From an uncultured Acidobacteriota bacterium (lineage in GTDB: Bacteria > Acidobacteriota > Thermoanaerobaculia > Multivoradales > UBA5704), in the NCBI GenBank assembly GCA_963700145.1, contig OY969474.1:2656001-2720000 (forward strand): 64,000 nucleotides of DNA, written 5' to 3'. The notes under the pieces are model-generated. The model was not told where the DNA came from and ran no database searches. It saw nothing but the letters and a program-made list of their open reading frames with translations. Of this stretch, positions 58,398 through 64,000 are shown piece after piece. The position numbers and the translations under genes were made by a program. The first letter of the stretch is position 1; every line of letters starts with the position of its first letter.

Positions 58398-60725
58398 TCA
58401 CTTGGCGCAGGTGAGATCCGCGTTTGCGACCGGGCCGAAGCCCTTGCCGCGCGGGTCCGGCGCGCACTTCAGGAACTTCACGGTCGCTACGAGCAGCCCT
58501 GGCCCCTTCGAACCGCATTGCTTGTCCAGATTGGGGAGCATAATGCCGAGATAGGGGACCGCAGCAGCGTCGGACCGCTTGTAAGTAACGCCGAGGGCCG
58601 GACAAGGCGTGTTCTCATTGCCTCCTTGCATCGGCAGGTTGGAGATGGTCCCGGGAGGCGACGTGGGTGAGCCTTTCTTCGCGACACGCAAGGTGACACC
58701 ACCGTCGACTCCCTTGCTGCTGAACTGCGTGACCTGGATGTCGCCCTCGGCGCGGGTCCCTGTCTTCGCGTCGAGTTGAATAGTGGCCGCGCCCTGCTGA
58801 CGCGCCGCCAGACGGATGCCGGTGACACGCGCCGTGGGCGAGGTGACAGCGAAGACGCCCTGCCCGGTCATCCTGAGACCCTTCAGCTTTGCCTCACCGG
58901 CCGCGAAGCCGCGCCGCAGCGTTTCGTCGAGACGGAGTACCAGCCTGCCGGTCTGGAGAAGCGCCGGTGCCACATCGAACTGCAGAGCCAACCGCTCGTT
59001 GCCGGCCTGGATGTTGCGGACGATGAACCGCGCCGACTTCATTCCCCCTCCTGGCTCCTCGATCTTGAGGTTGCGCCAGGCGATGCTATTGCTGTTGGCG
59101 ACATTGGTGTCGATGTTCGCGCCCTCGACGAGCGGCGCCTCCTGAACGCTCAACACGCGGATGTAGATGCACCAGTGGTCGGATGGCGAGGGCGAGGGCG
59201 GAGTCCACGGCAACGGTCCGATGTCGGTTACCTGGCCCGGTTCCAAATTGAGCGTGATGAACTGGCGCGACTCCGGAAGCATCGTGAAATTCGTCGGCCA
59301 TGCCAGTCCAGTTGAAGCGTTGGCGATGTAGACCGCGACCTCGGCATAGACGTTGCGCGTCGGCCCAGGCCGCGTGTTGCGCAGCGTCGCGTAGAGATAG
59401 TTGGTGACGCCCGCCACGGGGTTCTCGTGATCGGCGGAAGAGCCGCAATCGCGTGTCACTCCTCCCACGGTGTTGAGATCGGGTGGCGGATCGCGCGGGA
59501 TGCAGAGGTCCGTCGTGACCTCGGCAGTGCGATTCCAGATGTCCGGGCTGAGCCAACGCGGGGCGGGCGAAGCCACGTTGCCGATCGCCGTGATGTCCGC
59601 AGCGTTGTCGCCCATCCATGGATCCGACGCGGGATCGGGTCCGGACAGGCAGGTAATCCCGCGCAGCCTGCAGTAATTGCGGTACATCGTGTCGATGAAG
59701 CCGTGCCAGCGCCAGAACATCGGATCCTTGGGTGACGATGCTCGACACATGCTGCCGAAGCCCGCCCCGCTGGTGGCGAAGAAGCCGCCAACGGCCGGGC
59801 CGATGTTGCAGTGAACTTGCCCGTGATACGTTCCTTCGAAGGAGCTGGTGAAAGAGGCGAGGCTCGTATAGTCGGCGAGTTTGGTCTGGCCGCCGCCATC
59901 CGCGACCGTTCCGCCAGCGATCGTGTAGTAGGTCGGAATGCGGTTGACGTCCGGATTGAAGGCCAAGCGCAGGCTCGCCGGATGGTTGAACGCCGGCCCG
60001 GTCGGCAGAGGCCGGCCGGGATACCAGGGCGCCACGGTGGCATAGCCGAAAGCGGTTCGCCATTCGTCGAAGCGGCGCAGGAAATAGCCGTGCCATGCCA
60101 GAAACTGGCGCCAGTCAGAGCCGCCGCCAACAAACTGATGCCAGTAGATGTGCTCGTCCACGACGTGGCCGAACCCCGGGTTGGTCGTCGTCAAGGCGCG
60201 ATGGGTCGAGGTATAGAAGTCCTCCGGCTGCTTGGCCGGATCGGTCATGTTGCGTTCGATCGTGAACGTAGTCGAGCTGGTGCAGCTGCCGCCGCTCGAG
60301 GGGGTGACCGTTAGGGAGACGACGCGCGCCTCTGGGCCGTTGAGCGGATGAATCTGCGTCGCCGACGGCTGCCAATAGAACGAGACGGTGGACGCGGCGA
60401 GATCGGCCGCTGCGAGCGGCGTCGTGCTCCACGGCAGGGGCGTCGCCAGAGATGCCTGCGTGCCGAGGTCGTCGTTGTAATCCTTGATGCGCGGACCTTG
60501 GATCGTCCAGGAAAAGCTCGTTGCCGTGAATCCCGCGGTTACCGCGGTGAGCGTGGTTTTCTGTCCAACGTTGAACGTCGGCAAGGTGAACGGCGTGTCC
60601 GACACGGCCGTGAAATCGAGCGTTCCACCCGCGCATGGCACCGGCGCGGCGGTGACGGGCGCGGTGAGAAGGCCGGCAAGTCCCAGGACCATCGCGCAAG
60701 AGAGCGGAAGCCGTCGCAGGGTCAT
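58398..60725 (-). CDS. Secreted type-3 copper (tyrosinase-like) multidomain protein
   Basis: Signal peptide; HIYWH...FLAWH (CuA) and HGQVH...DPMFWRWH (CuB). Confidence 0.8.
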   Translation of the reverse strand: MTLRRLPLSCAMVLGLAGLLTAPVTAAPVPCAGGTLDFTAVSDTPFTLPTFNVGQKTTLTAVTAGFTATSFSWTIQGPRIKDYNDDLGTQASLATPLPWSTTPLAAADLAASTVSFYWQPSATQIHPLNGPEARVVSLTVTPSSGGSCTSSTTFTIERNMTDPAKQPEDFYTSTHRALTTTNPGFGHVVDEHIYWHQFVGGGSDWRQFLAWHGYFLRRFDEWRTAFGYATVAPWYPGRPLPTGPAFNHPASLRLAFNPDVNRIPTYYTIAGGTVADGGGQTKLADYTSLASFTSSFEGTYHGQVHCNIGPAVGGFFATSGAGFGSMCRASSPKDPMFWRWHGFIDTMYRNYCRLRGITCLSGPDPASDPWMGDNAADITAIGNVASPAPRWLSPDIWNRTAEVTTDLCIPRDPPPDLNTVGGVTRDCGSSADHENPVAGVTNYLYATLRNTRPGPTRNVYAEVAVYIANASTGLAWPTNFTMLPESRQFITLNLEPGQVTDIGPLPWTPPSPSPSDHWCIYIRVLSVQEAPLVEGANIDTNVANSNSIAWRNLKIEEPGGGMKSARFIVRNIQAGNERLALQFDVAPALLQTGRLVLRLDETLRRGFAAGEAKLKGLRMTGQGVFAVTSPTARVTGIRLAARQQGAATIQLDAKTGTRAEGDIQVTQFSSKGVDGGVTLRVAKKGSPTSPPGTISNLPMQGGNENTPCPALGVTYKRSDAAAVPYLGIMLPNLDKQCGSKGPGLLVATVKFLKCAPDPRGKGFGPVANADLTCAK

Positions 60726-60788
60726 GGTTGGTCCCCCCAAAAATTTCTTCAATTCGCTGCCGATCCAAGCGACGACGAACGAGGGTTT

Positions 60789-61769
60789 TCAGTTCACCGG
60801 CTTGAAGGCGCCATAAAGTTCCCCGTCCGGGAACCGGCTGGTGCTCACGGCGATACCGACCTCGCGACTTCCAGTTGCCAACAGATTGGTCGCGAAGAGG
60901 GCGTTGCTCTCGCGACGATCGACTTCGTATTCGCCGGTCATCGTTCCGCCGGTCGCGTTGGCGTCTGACGAAAGCAGCTTCAGCCGCGGCAGCACGTTCT
61001 GGTTGAGGTTCCTCGGCAGCGACTCCGCTTGCCCGGTCGCTGCGGGTACGCCTACCAGCGCCGCGCTCCGCGGCGTGCCGCTCGTGCGGGCCACCGTGAG
61101 GTGGTAGAAGACCGCGACCCGACCGTCGGGAAAATGGACTTCGCTGAGGACCGCCGTGCCGACGCCATGAGACTCCACGCCGGGCGCGGGTTCGAGGTGC
61201 GCCAGGTAGTTCTTCACCGGCACCATGGCGTCGTTCGGTTCGAGTTGGCCGCGGATTTCCGGCTTGCCGTCGCCCCCCACGATCTCTAGATAGACGCGAG
61301 CCGAGGCGAATTCGCCGAGGAGCTTGCCATCGAGCCGGGAGCGGCCTTGGCCATCCCAGGCGCCGGTGATATTCGCCGAGGCGAGGTCAGGGCAGGGACG
61401 GGCGGCGTCGCCGCAGATCGTATGGACTAGCGCGCCGTTTCCGCCGACGCCGAAGTTATAGAGCGCGATCTTCTTCGGCGGTCCATGCTCGAGGCCTTGA
61501 AAAGTGAGATCGAAGTTGACCGTCCGCGAGGCGTGGTCGATCAGGAAGACTCCCGTTGCCGTCGCAGAAGAGGTGCCCGGAGGAACCACGTTGGCGGCCG
61601 CTGCTTGCGCGAGGAAAAGGGTCGTTCCACCGTGGCCGGTGGCCATCGCCCTTCCGTTCTGGGTGTGCCCTTGCGCAAGGGCCGGTGCGCTCAGAGCGGA
61701 GAGGAGGATTATGAGGAGAGTGACCGGGCCGGTTTTCAGGTGGGTGGTGTCTCCATCATGAGCATCCAT
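60789..61769 (-). CDS. Secreted tandem CHRD-domain protein
   Basis: VVPPGTSSATATG...EIRGQL and a second repeat ending FPDGELYG. Confidence 0.7.
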   Translation of the reverse strand: MDAHDGDTTHLKTGPVTLLIILLSALSAPALAQGHTQNGRAMATGHGGTTLFLAQAAAANVVPPGTSSATATGVFLIDHASRTVNFDLTFQGLEHGPPKKIALYNFGVGGNGALVHTICGDAARPCPDLASANITGAWDGQGRSRLDGKLLGEFASARVYLEIVGGDGKPEIRGQLEPNDAMVPVKNYLAHLEPAPGVESHGVGTAVLSEVHFPDGRVAVFYHLTVARTSGTPRSAALVGVPAATGQAESLPRNLNQNVLPRLKLLSSDANATGGTMTGEYEVDRRESNALFATNLLATGSREVGIAVSTSRFPDGELYGAFKPVN

Positions 61770-61982
61770 CAGAACTTTCTCCTCTCACGCGCGTGAAGGC
61801 CTCTGAGGGGCATGCGGCGCAGGCTGCCCGAAGCCGGCGCCGATCAATCTGACAGTGTGGATCATCCGTTAATGTAACTCTATACCGATAGGTTGGACTT
61901 GTAAAGGCGCCGCAGTATGGCGAAGGGCCGCCCGCCGCAGACGGGCTTGAGTCAGACTGGTCTACGACATCGCGCCGAGCGG

Positions 61983-63857
61983 CTAATTGGAGGAGCCGCC
62001 GCCGGCAATCGGGTCCGTGGCCGGCGCGGGCTCGGCAGGGTCGGCCGGCAGGTCGCCGAGGAGGAGGCCGTGACCTTGGGTGCCGAGGATGAGGCGGCCT
62101 TCCTGGACGAGGGCGGCGGCCAGGTGCTGGGCGGGGACCGAGAGGGGGAGCTTGCGCAGGGTGGCGCGCTGGCGGTCGTAGAGGTAGGCCTTGTCGCCGG
62201 CGACGAGGAGGGCGGGGAAGCGGGGGTCGCCGGTCGAAAAGACGCGGGAGGGCTTGGTCGGGAGCTCGACCCAGAGCGCCTCCTCGCCGGCCCGCGCCCA
62301 GGCGCCGTACGGGCCCCAGTAGAGGAGGCGGTCGCCGAGGGCGGCGAGCTTGCCGCCGGCCGAGGGCGTCGTCGTGCTGTGGTTGCCGGCGCCGCTCAAC
62401 TGGTGGAGGAGGGCGCCGTCGCTCACCCAGAGATCGCCGGCGTGGAGGGCGGCCGAGCGCGGGGTCCCCTGCTGCAGGCGCTTCTCCACCCACTTGGTTT
62501 CGCCGCGCTCGAAGAGCCGGTCGGCGGTGCGGGCCACGACCAGCCCGCCCGCGCGCGGCTCGGCGAGCACCTGCTCGACGCGCCCGTCCCCCAGCTCCTT
62601 GACCTGCCGCCACTCGGCGCCGCTCCGCTCCCACAGGCCGCGCTCGGTCGCCGCCCACGCCCGCCCGTCCTGCACCGCCAGGTCGAGCACCGTCGGCACC
62701 GGCGCGAAGTCCGGCTCGAAGCTCCGCCCGCCGTCGGTCGAGCGGTGGATGCCGGAGACCGGCCCGGCGTGGTTGACCGCCGCCAGCAGCTCGCCGGGGC
62801 CGGCGGCGAGGGCCGTGACCCGCAGGTTCGTCATGCCGCGGGCGGCGCGGCGGAAGGTGGCGGCGCCGTCCACCGACACCCAGACCCCGGACCCCTCGGT
62901 GCCGAGGAGGACGCGCTCCGGGCGTCGCGGGTGGTAGACGACGGTGTGGATCGACAGCTCCGACCCGGTGATCCGCCGCCAGGCGGCGCCGCCGTCGGCC
63001 GACTGGTAGAGACCGCCGACGGTGCCGGCCAGGAGGCGCCCGTCCGGCAGCGCCGCGAAGCTCGGCGTGCGCCGCTCGTCGAGGCCCTCCTTGAAGCGCT
63101 GCCAGGTGCCGCCGAGGTCGGGGGTGCGGTAGACCCACCCGCAGGTCGTGGCCCAAAGCTCCCCCGGCCGCCCCGGCACCGGCGTCAGGCTGAAGACCTC
63201 GGAGTCGAGGACCATGCCCTCGAAGACGCCGCGCCAGCTGCGGCCGGCGTCGTCGCTGCGGTAAGCGCGGCGCCAGGTGCCGGCGAGGACCGTCGCGGGG
63301 TGCAGCGGATCGACGTGGAGGCTGGTGACCTTCTGGATCTCGGGCAACTCGCCGGTCAGCCGGCGCCAGGTGACGCCGTCGTCGCGCGTCCCCCAGACGC
63401 CGGAGAGGGTGCCGGCGTAGAGCCAGCCCTCCTTTCCCGGCACCGGCTCGAGGGCGTAGACAGGCTCGTTGGGCAGGCCGCCGGCGGCCGCCACCCAGTA
63501 GCCGCCGAGGTCGTCGGACCAGGCGACGTGCCCGCTCCCCCACATCCCCCAGATCGCCGCCCAGACCCGCCCCGGCCGGTTGGGGTCGAAGCGGAGCGCG
63601 CCGACGACCCAGCCGGCGAAGGGGAGGTGCGGGCCGGCGTCGGCCCAGGTGACGCCGCCGTCGCGCGAGCGGTACACCTGGCCGGCGGAGGTGCCGGCGA
63701 GGACGAGGTCGGGGTCGTCGGGGTGGATGGCGAGGGCGCGCACGTCGGCGCCGAAGAGCGGCGCCGTCTTCCACTCGTCCGCGGCGGCGGGCGCGGCGGC
63801 CAGGACGGCGGCGAGGAGGAGGAGCGGGAGGCTAGTGAGGCGACGGCGAGGCTTCAT
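61983..63857 (-). CDS. Secreted BNR/Asp-box beta-propeller protein (YCF48/VPS10-like)
   Basis: Signal peptide; repeated SxDGGxTW motifs. Confidence 0.85.
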   Translation of the reverse strand: MKPRRRLTSLPLLLLAAVLAAAPAAADEWKTAPLFGADVRALAIHPDDPDLVLAGTSAGQVYRSRDGGVTWADAGPHLPFAGWVVGALRFDPNRPGRVWAAIWGMWGSGHVAWSDDLGGYWVAAAGGLPNEPVYALEPVPGKEGWLYAGTLSGVWGTRDDGVTWRRLTGELPEIQKVTSLHVDPLHPATVLAGTWRRAYRSDDAGRSWRGVFEGMVLDSEVFSLTPVPGRPGELWATTCGWVYRTPDLGGTWQRFKEGLDERRTPSFAALPDGRLLAGTVGGLYQSADGGAAWRRITGSELSIHTVVYHPRRPERVLLGTEGSGVWVSVDGAATFRRAARGMTNLRVTALAAGPGELLAAVNHAGPVSGIHRSTDGGRSFEPDFAPVPTVLDLAVQDGRAWAATERGLWERSGAEWRQVKELGDGRVEQVLAEPRAGGLVVARTADRLFERGETKWVEKRLQQGTPRSAALHAGDLWVSDGALLHQLSGAGNHSTTTPSAGGKLAALGDRLLYWGPYGAWARAGEEALWVELPTKPSRVFSTGDPRFPALLVAGDKAYLYDRQRATLRKLPLSVPAQHLAAALVQEGRLILGTQGHGLLLGDLPADPAEPAPATDPIAGGGSSN

Positions 63858-64000
63858 ACCGCACTCCGATGACTTCGGCGAGGATCGAGATCGCGATCTC
63901 CCCCGGGCTGTCGCCGCCGATCGGCAGGCCGATCGGGGCGCGCAGCGGCAGGCCGTCGAGGTCCGCGCCCTGCGCCGCCAGCTGCTCGCGCACCCGCTCG
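63832..64000 (-). CDS. XdhC/CoxI-family protein, C-terminal fragment
   Basis: LRAPIGLPIGGDSPGEIAISILAEVI; stop at 63832-63834. Confidence 0.8.
   Translation of the reverse strand, partial: ERVREQLAAQGADLDGLPLRAPIGLPIGGDSPGEIAISILAEVIGVRYEASPSPH

Noticed and set aside
61770-61982. AT-richer intergenic stretch as possible ncRNA or riboswitch
   Set aside because: No recognisable motif or convincing structure; most simply the promoter and edge of the CHRD/tyrosinase insert.

Overview
GC-rich bacterial chromosome window; gene content and repeat style suggest Acidobacteriota, possibly Thermoanaerobaculia-like (inference). Housekeeping blocks: a fused aconitase-family hydratase, a sulfate-uptake operon (CysA-USP fusion, OprO/P-type porin, sbp, cysT, cysW) with a two-component pair, fabI, a dap/lysine operon, htpG, uppS, sufE plus sulfurtransferase, glycogen debranching enzyme and treZ, addBA, an ABC exporter and pilT-pilC-pilS-pilR. 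These are interrupted by accessory patches: a DUF4062 gene with integron-cassette-like remnants, three toxin-antitoxin pairs, an AAA-DUF4143 ATPase, a secreted Zn-phospholipase-C-fold protein with an EF-hand partner, and a tyrosinase-like plus CHRD pair. The most striking unexplained structure is three sequence-unrelated intergenic arrays sharing a 21-bp period; two have mirror-image arms (large palindromes) and the third precedes a small coiled-coil gene. Also notable: CGTC-type REP elements (two doublets bracket addBA), a clamp-binding-like motif at the AddB N-terminus, an aminotransferase stripped of its PLP motifs, and many apparently leaderless promoters. No rRNA, tRNA, CRISPR array, transposase or integrase was recognised. 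All family assignments are by eye; no searches were run.
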